A stretch of DNA of 64,000 nucleotides from an uncultured Actinomycetes bacterium (GTDB taxonomy: Bacteria > Actinomycetota > Thermoleophilia > UBA2241). A program made the position numbers and the translations under genes. Below the pieces are notes generated by a model that saw only the letters and a program-made list of their open reading frames with translations, searched no databases and had not been told where the DNA came from. Each line of letters opens with the position of its first letter. The first letter of the stretch is position 1. The stretch spans positions 224,001 to 288,000 of the forward strand of contig CAVRZA010000006.1 in NCBI GenBank assembly GCA_963725665.1, written 5' to 3'. Of this stretch, positions 30,239-39,080 are shown piece by piece.

Positions 30239-31355
30239 ATGGCCGAAGGCACGATCAAACGACTCTCGTTCCTCGACCGGTACCTCACCGCCTGGATCTT
30301 CCTGGCGATGGCGATCGGCGTGCTTCTGGGCTGGGCTTTCCCGGGAGTGCCTGACTTCATCAACCAGTTCCAGGTCGGCACGACCAACATCCCCATCGCC
30401 ATCGGCCTGATCCTGATGATGTATCCGCCGCTGGCCAAGGTGAAGTACGAGGAGCTGGGCGACGTCTTTCGCAACTACAAGATGCTCGGCCTGTCGCTCG
30501 TGCAGAACTGGGTGATCGGCCCGATCCTGATGTTCGTCCTGGCCATCGTCTTCCTGCCCGACTACCCGGAGTACATGGTCGGGCTGATCATGATCGGCCT
30601 GGCGCGCTGCATCGCCATGGTGATCGTCTGGAACGAGCTGGCCCACGGCGACACCGAGTACGCCGCCGGCCTGGTGGCCTTCAACAGCGTCTTCCAGGTG
30701 CTCTTCTACAGCGTCTACGCCTGGGTCTTCATCACCGTGCTGCCGCCGCTGTTCGGCCTCCACGGCGTCGCCGTCGACGTCAGCATCGGGCAGATCGCCA
30801 AGAGCGTCTTCATCTACCTCGGCATCCCGTTCATCGCCGGCATGCTCACGCGCTATCTGCTGACTCAAATACAAGGGCCGCGAGTGGTACGAGCAGAAGT
30901 TCATCCCGCGCATCAGCCCGATCACCCTGATCGCGCTGCTGTTCACGATCGTCGTCATGTTCAGCCTCAAGGGCGAGCTCATCGTGCAGCTCCCCCTCGA
31001 CGTGGTGCGCATCGCCATCCCGCTGCTCATCTACTTCGTCGTCATGTTCCTCGTGAGCTTCTTGATGGGGCGCAAGATCGGCGCCGACTACTCGAAGACG
31101 GCCACGCTCTCGTTCACCGCCGCCAGCAACAACTTCGAACTGGCCATCGCCGTAGCCGTGGCCGTGTTCGGCATCAACTCGGGCGTCGCCTTCGCGGCCG
31201 TCATCGGGCCGCTGGTCGAGGTGCCGGTGATGATCGGACTGGTCAACGTGGCCCTGTGGATGGGCCGCAAGTATTGGGGCATGACCGACGCCTCCGTGCC
31301 GGCGGCGGTGGCCGCCGGCGTCGACGAGGTCGCCTGCGACCCACCGAGGAGCTGA
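30239..31355 (+). CDS. acr3: ACR3 family arsenite efflux transporter; frameshift near 30870
   Basis: [53 protein letters not shown] spread across two frames. Confidence 0.93.
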
Positions 31356-31356
31356 C

Positions 31357-31743
31357 ATGAAGATCGCGAAAGACCCCGCAGAAGCCGGCAGCATGGTCGA
31401 CTTCGTCCCATTCTTCAAGGCATTCTGCAACTCGACGCGCGCGCAGATCATCGAGTTCCTGCTCGGCGGCGAGCGCTGCGTCTGCGAGATGACCGGGCCG
31501 CTCGACCAGAGTCAGCCGCTGGTCTCGCACCACCTTGCCCTACTGCGCGAAGCAGGGCTAGTGCACATGCGCAACGAGGGCGCGCGGACCTACTATTCCA
31601 TCGACTGGAACCGCTTCGACGGCGATCTCAAGGGCTTCCTCGAGTACGTCGAACGCCTGCGCAGCGCTCCGCCGGACCTCGACAGGACCGAGAGCGCCTG
31701 CGCGACCGCCGCGAAGAAGCCGGCGCAGCGCAACGCCTCGTGA
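31357..31743 (+). CDS. arsR: ArsR family arsenic-responsive repressor
   Basis: [19 protein letters not shown]...[15 protein letters not shown]. Confidence 0.9.
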   Translation: MKIAKDPAEAGSMVDFVPFFKAFCNSTRAQIIEFLLGGERCVCEMTGPLDQSQPLVSHHLALLREAGLVHMRNEGARTYYSIDWNRFDGDLKGFLEYVERLRSAPPDLDRTESACATAAKKPAQRNAS

Positions 31744-33035
31744 CGCCAGGAGAAGGGCGCGCCATGGACGACGAACGGATCCGCCGGCGCGAAGCCGGCG
31801 AGGAACTGCCCGCGGGACAGAGCTGCTGTCGTCCATCGCCGCAGCCTGGCGGCTCGTGTTGCAGTAGCGCTGTCGAGTCCGCACTCTCTGACCAGCGGAG
31901 TGCGTGTTGTGATGCATCAACGCAGGAGGCGGAGCCGGAGCGCCGGCAAGGTTTCTGTTGCGGCGCCCCGTCGGTCCCCCCCGCCGACTATCCCTATGGC
32001 CCCGCCGCCTACGTCACCGGTACGGTGGAGACGCCGGTCGACGCAGTCCCACGGGTGTCCCGTGTCATCACGCGCGCCGACCGCATGGGCGCCTGGCGCG
32101 TGCGCTGGGGAATCGGCCGCGGCGACTACCGCGTCAAGCCCGGCCTCTACGCCGTGGGAGAGCCAGTGGCGACCTCCCCCGTGCTCGTGACCGCAAACTA
32201 CAAGCTGACGTTCGACCAGGTGCGCTCTTCGCTCGACGAGCTCGACGCCTGGCTCGTGGTCGTTGACACCCGCGGAATCAACGTCTGGTGTGCGGCAGGG
32301 AAGGGCACGTTCTGCGCCGATGAGGTTGCCCGCGTGGTTCGCGAGACACGCCTGACTGAGATCGTCAGCCACCGGCGCCTGGTTCTGCCGCAGCTCTCGG
32401 CGCCCGGAGTGGCAGCCCACCTGGTCAAGGAAGCTTGTGGCTTTCGCGTGTCCTTCGGACCGGTGCGCGCTGCCGACCTGCCCGCGTTCATCACCGCCGG
32501 CATGAAGGCCGACGCCGAGATGCGCAGGGTGACCTTCGACGTGCGCGAGCGCGCCGTGCTCACGCCCGTCGAGCTTGCCGTCGCCTGGGATCGCCGCATG
32601 TTGCTGGCCTACGGCGGCATTCTGGCGGCCTCGGCGATCGGTCGCGACGGGGTCTCGCTGCGTCGCTCCCTGCGCAGCGGGGCGCCAGTGATCGGCGCCG
32701 CATGGCTCGCCCTGCTGGCCGGCGGCGCCGTGACGCCGCTGGCGCTGCCTTGGTTGCCCGGCCGCGCCTTCTCGCTGAAGGGCGCCGTGGCCGGAGGACT
32801 GCTGGCAGCTGCTGCCACAGCGACGTTCCGAAAGCGTCTCTCTCCCGCCGCCAAGCTCGCTCTTCTTGCGGGCGTCCCGGCGGTCTCCTCGTATGCCGCC
32901 ATGAACTTCACCGGCACCTCGCCGATTACCTCGCCCTCCGGCGTGGAGCTTGAGATGCGCAAGGCGCTACCTTTACAGGGCGCGGCATCCGTGGTGGCGA
33001 TCGGCGCTTGGCTGGCCAGCAGAATGGGAAGGTGA
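31740..33035 (+). CDS. hgcA: mercury methylation corrinoid protein HgcA
   Basis: ANYKLTFD, GINVWCAAGKG cap helix, PQLSAPGVAAH, GPVRA, C-terminal TM helices, MNFTG.S..TS.SGV..EM; start is 31740 (GTG) or 31764 (ATG). Confidence 0.95.
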   Translation: MTPGEGRAMDDERIRRREAGEELPAGQSCCRPSPQPGGSCCSSAVESALSDQRSACCDASTQEAEPERRQGFCCGAPSVPPADYPYGPAAYVTGTVETPVDAVPRVSRVITRADRMGAWRVRWGIGRGDYRVKPGLYAVGEPVATSPVLVTANYKLTFDQVRSSLDELDAWLVVVDTRGINVWCAAGKGTFCADEVARVVRETRLTEIVSHRRLVLPQLSAPGVAAHLVKEACGFRVSFGPVRAADLPAFITAGMKADAEMRRVTFDVRERAVLTPVELAVAWDRRMLLAYGGILAASAIGRDGVSLRRSLRSGAPVIGAAWLALLAGGAVTPLALPWLPGRAFSLKGAVAGGLLAAAATATFRKRLSPAAKLALLAGVPAVSSYAAMNFTGTSPITSPSGVELEMRKALPLQGAASVVAIGAWLASRMGR

Positions 33036-33040
33036 GGGCG

Positions 33041-33317
33041 ATGTCCGAGTTGCGCTACATCGACGACGCCGTGACTTTGCAGCTCGACCCCACCCGCTGC
33101 AACGGCTGCGGGCTGTGCGTCGCCGTCTGCCCGCGAGGCGTCTTTGCCATCGCCGATGGCCGCGCCACGCTCGTGGACCGCGGCGCCTGCATCGAGTGCG
33201 GCGCCTGCGCCCTCAACTGCGCTGCCCGGGGCCATCGGTGTCGAGCCCGGCGTCGGCTGCGCGCAGGCGATCATCAACGGGTGGCTGACCGGTCGCGAGC
33301 CAAGCTGCGACTGTTAG
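33041..33317 (+). CDS. hgcB: mercury methylation ferredoxin HgcB; apparent +1 frameshift near 33226
   Basis: CNGCGLCVAVCP and CIECGACALNC; the corrected frame continues GAIGVEPGVGCAQAIINGWLTGREPSCDC*. Confidence 0.9.
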
Positions 33318-33644
33318 ACGCCACGCTCGCAGTCCTCGCCGCTGCCGTATTGCTTGACTCTGATGACTCGTCCCGTCTCTCTCAGTCCGTGCCCTGAGGC
33401 TACGGGAGATCGGACTGTTGCCGTGTCGGTCTCCGCGCGTGCGTGGGGTGAGCGGATTCGGGGTGGGCCATGAACGAAGAGTCGAAGTGCACGGACCTCG
33501 GGTGTGGTTTCAGCCCCGAGATCCGCGACGACGGCCGATGAGAGCAGCGCAGGTTCCGACACCTCTTTCGGAGCAAGATTCGGCGGGCGGCCGCGCTGAC
33601 CGCGGAGAGGCTCAGGTCGGGCGCGACCCAGTGGACTGTGGCTG

Positions 33645-33752
33645 GGAGCTGTAGAGGACGCCGTGGGCTTCCTCGATAGGGATTCGAGGACTGGACGCCG
33701 CTTCGATAGGGTCGCGCGTCTGGTCGAAGGGTTCGAGACACCCTTCGGTCTC
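33645..33752 (+). pseudogene. C-terminal fragment of a DarG-like macrodomain antitoxin
   Basis: GAVEDAVGFL...RFDRVARLVEGFETPFGL matches the remembered DarG C-terminal motif. Confidence 0.55.
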
Positions 33753-33794
33753 GGCGATGACTCGTGCTCGCCTGGGCGGCGACCGTGTCTGCGC

Positions 33795-34310
33795 TCAGAC
33801 GATCTCGACCTCGACGGAAGTCACCGGAGATTCGCGCACGGTGCACGCCACGGGTGAATGAGCGTCGCCCCATGTGGCGAGTGCGCGCAAGTCGTCGGGT
33901 GCCACGTTGTCTGCCCCGATCCTGACTCGTATGCGCATCGTGGTGAATGCCGCCGAGACGCCCTCATCTAGACCGAGCAGGCCGCGTTGATCTTGCTCGC
34001 TCTCGACGGTGGTCTCAAGCGTCGTCAGGTGGACGCCAATCCGTGCCGCGCGCATGGCGATGACGGTGGCTGTGCAAGAAGCGATTGCTCCACGGAGCAA
34101 CCACCCCGGGGCCGGCGCGCTTGCCGCACCGCCCAGCGCCGCCGGCATGTCGGTGAAGGCGATCTCACCCGTCGGGCCGGTCACTTCGAATCGAAGCTCC
34201 TCCACTAGGCGTGCTGTTGCGGGAGTGCCCTTCGTGTGCGCCTTCTCCGGGTCGGCGACGAATACGTCGCTGACCTTCTGCAGCGCATCGCTGATGCTTG
34301 TGGTGCTCAT
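33795..34310 (-). CDS. OsmC family protein
   Basis: DMPAALGG...P.PG.LL..AIASC...HSPV. Confidence 0.88.
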   Translation of the reverse strand: MSTTSISDALQKVSDVFVADPEKAHTKGTPATARLVEELRFEVTGPTGEIAFTDMPAALGGAASAPAPGWLLRGAIASCTATVIAMRAARIGVHLTTLETTVESEQDQRGLLGLDEGVSAAFTTMRIRVRIGADNVAPDDLRALATWGDAHSPVACTVRESPVTSVEVEIV

Positions 34311-34437
34311 GTCATCTCCTTGAGGTGGGCGAACCCCGGACTCGCCGGCCGATGTTCGGTTCTCGTCTCTCTCTTGTGCTGGCCGACGGGCACTTTACGC
34401 AAACCGTAAGGAGGAAACCTCGGCGCTGTCATCCGAC

Positions 34438-34788
34438 TCAGAAGACGAGCACCTTCTCCGCCGAGCGCGTGCGCTGGGCAAGCTCGTCCATCGAGCTGCG
34501 CCGCGCCCCGCTCATGGTCTCATCTTCGCCCATGCCGCGAGCGTCCATGCACGTGCCGCAAAGCAGCACCTCGCCCTTGCGCGCCAGGGGCTTGAGCATG
34601 CGCTCGAGGTTGTAGTACCCATCCGGCGTCTGCTGGCCCGTCTTCGCGCACACCACCGCATCGCCCATGAGAAAGACGGTGATCTCGGCCTCGGGCTCCG
34701 GCCTCTGCAGGTTCATCGCCAGGCGCAGAGCGCTGTAGCTGCGCTCCGTGCCGTACGCCGCGTCGTTAAGGACGAAAAGGTAGTTCAC
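34438..34788 (-). CDS. DsrE/YchN family protein
   Basis: YGTERSY.ALRLA, GQQTPDGYYNLERML, CGTCMDARG. Confidence 0.92.
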   Translation of the reverse strand: MNYLFVLNDAAYGTERSYSALRLAMNLQRPEPEAEITVFLMGDAVVCAKTGQQTPDGYYNLERMLKPLARKGEVLLCGTCMDARGMGEDETMSGARRSSMDELAQRTRSAEKVLVF

Positions 34789-34799
34789 GCGCCCTCCTT

Positions 34800-35327
34800 T
34801 CAACCGCCTTGGGAGGCTTCCACGCGGGTCACGAGCGGCATCGGGTTGCGGATGCAGTAGACGCCCGGGCAGCGCTCGTCGGCGCGCGACTTGAGGTTGT
34901 CGAGGACCTCCGGCGAGGCGTCCGCGACCGCCTCAAGCGTCCAGGTGATCTGCTCGACGGGCGGGCGTTCGCTGATACCCAAGGCGCGCGACATGTCGAC
35001 CACGGTCGTGATCCGACCGTGCAGGGCCTTCAGCTCGACGCCCTCACGGGCGGCCTCGATGGCGAAGGTCATGGCGTAGCAGGCCAGGCCTCCCCAGAGG
35101 CAGTAGGCGAGCGGGTTCGGCGCTGCGCCGCTGCCTCCTAAGGCGGCAGGAAAGTCGCAGAGGAACTCGACCTCCCCCTTGGGATAGGGAATCGTGCCGC
35201 GGAACTGTGGTCCGCCCGTACCGGCGTTCCACTCTCCCCTGAGGTCGACTGGCTGCAGTACGGCGCTCGGGTCCTGACGGCCCTTGTCCGCCGTCTGCTC
35301 GAGGGCCTCGACATCGACGTTGTGCAT
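34800..35327 (-). CDS. OsmC family protein
   Basis: DFPAALGGSG.APNP..Y.L.G..AC, ADERCP. Confidence 0.85.
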   Translation of the reverse strand: MHNVDVEALEQTADKGRQDPSAVLQPVDLRGEWNAGTGGPQFRGTIPYPKGEVEFLCDFPAALGGSGAAPNPLAYCLWGGLACYAMTFAIEAAREGVELKALHGRITTVVDMSRALGISERPPVEQITWTLEAVADASPEVLDNLKSRADERCPGVYCIRNPMPLVTRVEASQGG

Positions 35328-35528
35328 GGTTCCTCCTTCGGCGAAGAGCACCAATCATGTCTCGGGGCAACTGGCGAGACAACTGTTGATCAGACCGGCG
35401 TGGGCGCGCGGTCGAGCGCCTAACACCAGCCCCGACACTAGTGACGCGAAGAGAACCGGAGGGGAGCACAGGTCTCGCGGGCGACGCGGTGGTCGCCGCT
35501 AGGCGGCGGGCAGTGGCACTTGGTCGCC

Positions 35529-36185
35529 CTAGTGGTCATCCGAGCAGTCGTCGCACCGGCGCCCGGTCCTCGCCGCCTCCAGGGCCTCGTTGGCCTCGCC
35601 CCTGATCCACCAGATCATCGCCAGGCCGGCGAGTGGGTCGGCCCACCACCAGCCGAAAGCACGGTTCAGCAGCAGGCCGAAGAGCAGAACGGCCGCCATG
35701 TAGATGCAGACCAGGGAGCAGGCCGCATCGCCGCGCAGGGCCGGACTGTCCAGGCGCCCGGCAAGGCCGAGCCTCCAGCGCCAGAGCACCGGCATGACGA
35801 TCAGCGCCGCCATCGCGAGGACGATACCCACGGTCGACGCCTCCGGCTCGCTGCGGGTGAGAAGGCTCCACGCGGAGGAGACGACGATGTAGCCGATGAG
35901 GCCATACAGGCCCCAGCCGACCAGCCGGGAGGCCTGCCTCTCGCGCCCGTCGAGCTCCTCGTCGGTCGCCCGGTCTGTGTGGAGGAGCAGCTGCCGCAGG
36001 ACGATTAGAGACGTGAAGATCTCGATGCCGCTATCGACGCCGAACGTGGTCAGGGCCACCGAGCGGGCGGCGATGCCGGCGACAAGGGCGACGACGAGCT
36101 CGATGACCATCCAGCCGGCGGTGAGGGTCTGGGCCAAACGGGCCTGGCGGATCAGCTCGATCTTCGGCTGGGCGATGGTACTCAC
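35529..36185 (-). CDS. cation efflux (CDF-like, TM-only) transporter
   Basis: SVAL..FG.DS.IE, SPALRGDA....C.Y, GWWWADP. Confidence 0.85.
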   Translation of the reverse strand: MSTIAQPKIELIRQARLAQTLTAGWMVIELVVALVAGIAARSVALTTFGVDSGIEIFTSLIVLRQLLLHTDRATDEELDGRERQASRLVGWGLYGLIGYIVVSSAWSLLTRSEPEASTVGIVLAMAALIVMPVLWRWRLGLAGRLDSPALRGDAACSLVCIYMAAVLLFGLLLNRAFGWWWADPLAGLAMIWWIRGEANEALEAARTGRRCDDCSDDH

Positions 36186-36377
36186 GCCGTGGACGATACC
36201 CGCTTGGCAACGTATCCAGCGCGACAGACTGGCGACCTCGTCGTGCGCTCACGAGGAGGACAGGCGATGCGACGGCGCGGAAGGTGATCGCTGAGACCAC
36301 CGGTGCGCGGATTCGACGTCGAGGCCGGCGCCCGTTCCCGCCCCGGGCGAAACCCAATGCTGCCTGCCCGGGCGCGC

Positions 36378-36899
36378 CTAGTGGAGCGTCTTCAGGTAGG
36401 CGAGCAGGTCGGCCCATTGAGGACCGGTGAGCTGCCATTGCGGCATGGGCGACTCCAGGCGGCTGCCCTGCGGGTCGAGGCCCTGCGTGACGGCCGTGCG
36501 CAGCGTGGCATCCGTGTACGTGGGGCCGCGCGTGCCGTCCGGCTGCAGCATGCCCTGCGGGTCGGTCAGGTTGCTGTAGGTGATGTTCGGCGCAGTGAAC
36601 GCCAGCGTGGTGCGTCCGTGACCGTCGGAGCCATGGCAGGTCGCGCAGCCGGCGCGCATCATGCCGCCGCTCGCTCCGCTGCCGCCCATCCCACCGCCGT
36701 TCATCATGCCACCGCCGCCGCTGCTCGCTCGCGGTATTGGCTGTCCGTCAAGGACGCCCGTTTGGTAGATGGTCTTACCCGCGGCCAGCGGGGTCGTCGA
36801 GGTCCCCGGGGACAGGGCGACTACGAGGAAGATGACCGCCGCCACGACAGCTACAACAAGCGCGCTCGCGGCAATCCACAGGTCCCTCGGTCGATGCAT
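36378..36899 (-). CDS. membrane-anchored c-type cytochrome
   Basis: N-terminal TM segment, Gly/Met-rich linker, CATCH, distal MP. Confidence 0.88.
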   Translation of the reverse strand: MHRPRDLWIAASALVVAVVAAVIFLVVALSPGTSTTPLAAGKTIYQTGVLDGQPIPRASSGGGGMMNGGGMGGSGASGGMMRAGCATCHGSDGHGRTTLAFTAPNITYSNLTDPQGMLQPDGTRGPTYTDATLRTAVTQGLDPQGSRLESPMPQWQLTGPQWADLLAYLKTLH

Positions 36900-36937
36900 G
36901 CTCCCCCCAATGGCCTCGAGCGCAGCGCAGTCCGCAG

Positions 36938-37189
36938 CTAGAGGTCCTGCAGCTTCTGCTGGTACTCCTCACGGTCGATCTCGCCGGCGGCATAGCGCCG
37001 CTTGAGGATATCGCGCGGCGACTCCGAAGTCCCTCCTGCCATGCTCGCGCTGCTCGTTCCTGAAGCCGCACGCACGAAGTAGATGACCGCTACCACCACG
37101 GCAACGACGATCACCACCATGAGGACGAAGAGCAGCCACGCTTCCCAGGAAGTGCCTCCGTGCCACGGGCTGTGCCAATTGTCCATCAT
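36938..37189 (-). CDS. SHOCT domain membrane protein
   Basis: TM helix then ILKRRYAAGEIDREEY. Confidence 0.88.
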   Translation of the reverse strand: MMDNWHSPWHGGTSWEAWLLFVLMVVIVVAVVVAVIYFVRAASGTSSASMAGGTSESPRDILKRRYAAGEIDREEYQQKLQDL

Positions 37190-37560
37190 CGCAATGGACT
37201 CCCTTCGCCGGCGCCGGTCGATCTCGTGGTCTCCACAACGAGGTGCGGATGCGACTTCCTTACCGTCTTCTCATGCCACCCGGAGGATATTCCCACACTC
37301 TTGGCCTAGTGCTGGCCCCGCCCCTCCGGGGCGATGGCGACATCGTTGAGCGTGGGAGCCGACGATCGCGTACCACTCTGTGCTCTGCCGTCACCACCAA
37401 GTCTCGTCGGCAGAAGGCGGCAAGAGGCCGATATCGGGCCAGGCGTCTCGGGCGACGTCGGAAGAGTCCGTCACCGTCCGCTCGTCGCTCAGGCAGCGTC
37501 ACAGGTTATGGAGTTCTGTCGAGCAAGAGAATCATTCGCACGTGCAGCTGCTTCAAGGCA

Positions 37561-37580
37561 AACGCCGACGTGGTGCCGAC
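37561..37580 (+). repeat. 20-bp repeat, copy 1 (AACGCCGACG-N3-TGCCGAC)
   Basis: 18/20 identical to 38924-38943. Confidence 0.65.
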
Positions 37581-37592
37581 GGGTGAGTGCTG

Positions 37593-38864
37593 GAATGCCA
37601 TGAAGAGGGGCCTCATGGTGGCAAGCTCCGCGTGTCAGCGACGGAGCGACCAAGGAGGCCCCAGCGATGTTGTACGCCGGATTGGACCTGTCAAGGAAGC
37701 GCTTGGACGTTTGCCTGCTCGACGAGCGCGGTGAGAAGCTGGCGGTCACAGCGGCGCCACCCGACGGCGACGGCCTGCGCGGCCTGGCGGCGCGTCTCGC
37801 CGTGCACGGCGACGCCGGTGCGCGCCGCCATCGAGTCGATGAACGGCGCCCGCTTCATCCACGACACCCTCGAGCTCTGCGGCTGGCAGGTCACGGTCGC
37901 CGACGCCCAGAGGGTCAAGGGCCTCGCGCCCCTGGCCTGCAAGACCGACCGCATCGACGCCTGGGTGCTGGCCGAGCTGAGCCGCCTCGATCTGGTGCCG
38001 GCCATCTGGCTGCCCTCCCCGGAGGTGCGCGCCGAGCGCGAGCGGGCCCGCTTTCGCCTCCACCTCGTGCGTCACTGCGGGGCCTTAAAGAACCGCATCC
38101 ACGCCACGCTGTTTGCCTTCGGCTGCCCCTGTCCAGTCGCCGACCTCTTCGGCGAGTCGGGACGCCGGCTGCTGGCGCGCCTTGAGCTGCCCGAGTCCTG
38201 GGCTGCGACCACCCAGGCCAGCCTGCGCCTCATCGAGGAGCTCGACGAGGAGATCGCTGACTGCGAGGCCGAGCTGCGCACCCTGGGCGCCGACCACCCC
38301 TACGTGCCCCTGCTCATGACGGCCCCCGGGATCGCCTGGGTGCTGGCCTACACGATCGCCGCCGAGATCGGCGAGATCGAGCGCTTCGCTTCCCCCAAGA
38401 AGCTCTGCGGCTACAGCGGCCTCTGCCCGCGCGTCTACCAGTCGGGCGGCAAGGACTACCGCGGGCCGCTGGCCAAGAACGGTCCCGCCTACCTGCGCTG
38501 GGCCTTGATCGAGGCCACCGTGCACGCCTGCCGCCATCCCGCCTACGCCGCCCACTACGCGCACACCAAGCGGCGCCTCGGCCGCCAGCGCGGCGCCAAG
38601 GTCGCCCACGTCGAGATCGCCCGCAAGCTGGCCGAGGCGATCTGGTACATGCTCACCCGCAGCCAACCGTTTGCCCCGGCAGGCCCCGCAAGACCTCTGG
38701 TCGCCTAGACGACCCCTGTTGGAGATGGGCCACCGCGGCAAGCTCCCACCCGACCTGATCCTCCCGCCACGAGGAGGCGATAGAGAGATGAGCACCACTC
38801 GCCGGCGTATCCGCGCGCCGACCGAGAGCACGCAGTGGGTTGCGTGACGGCCCCTCTTCATAGA
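37593..38864 (+). mobile_element. IS110 family element, IS1111 subgroup
   Basis: Perfect 13-bp subterminal IR ATGAAGAGGGGCC (37600-37612) / GGCCCCTCTTCAT (38849-38861); non-coding region after the transposase. Confidence 0.88.
37667..38708 (+). CDS. IS110 family transposase; frameshift near 37815
   Basis: YAGLDLS, IESM, KTDRIDA, GLCP...QSG...GPLAK.G, ARKLA. Confidence 0.9.
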
Positions 38865-38923
38865 GAGGTCTTGTTGTCGTGCCCCCAAGAGGGAAGTGGC
38901 GGATTTGCGCGCGGTCTACACGC

Positions 38924-38943
38924 AACGCCGACGCGATGCCGAC
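38924..38943 (+). repeat. 20-bp repeat, copy 2
   Basis: AACGCCGACGCGATGCCGAC. Confidence 0.65.
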
Positions 38944-39080
38944 TCACGGCCGCGCCAATCTGCCGACCTCGTTCCATGAGCATCGCGCCAGCAGGGCGGC
39001 GGAGTACCGAGGGGTCAGCCGGATCGGTTTGGCCGTCGCGCTGCAGCCCGTACGAAGCCTTCAAACGGCGTCCCGCACCC

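Noticed and set aside
31740-33317. Selenocysteine-type HgcA or fused HgcAB
   Set aside because: Cap helix codon is TGT (Cys), and hgcA has its own stop with a separate hgcB start
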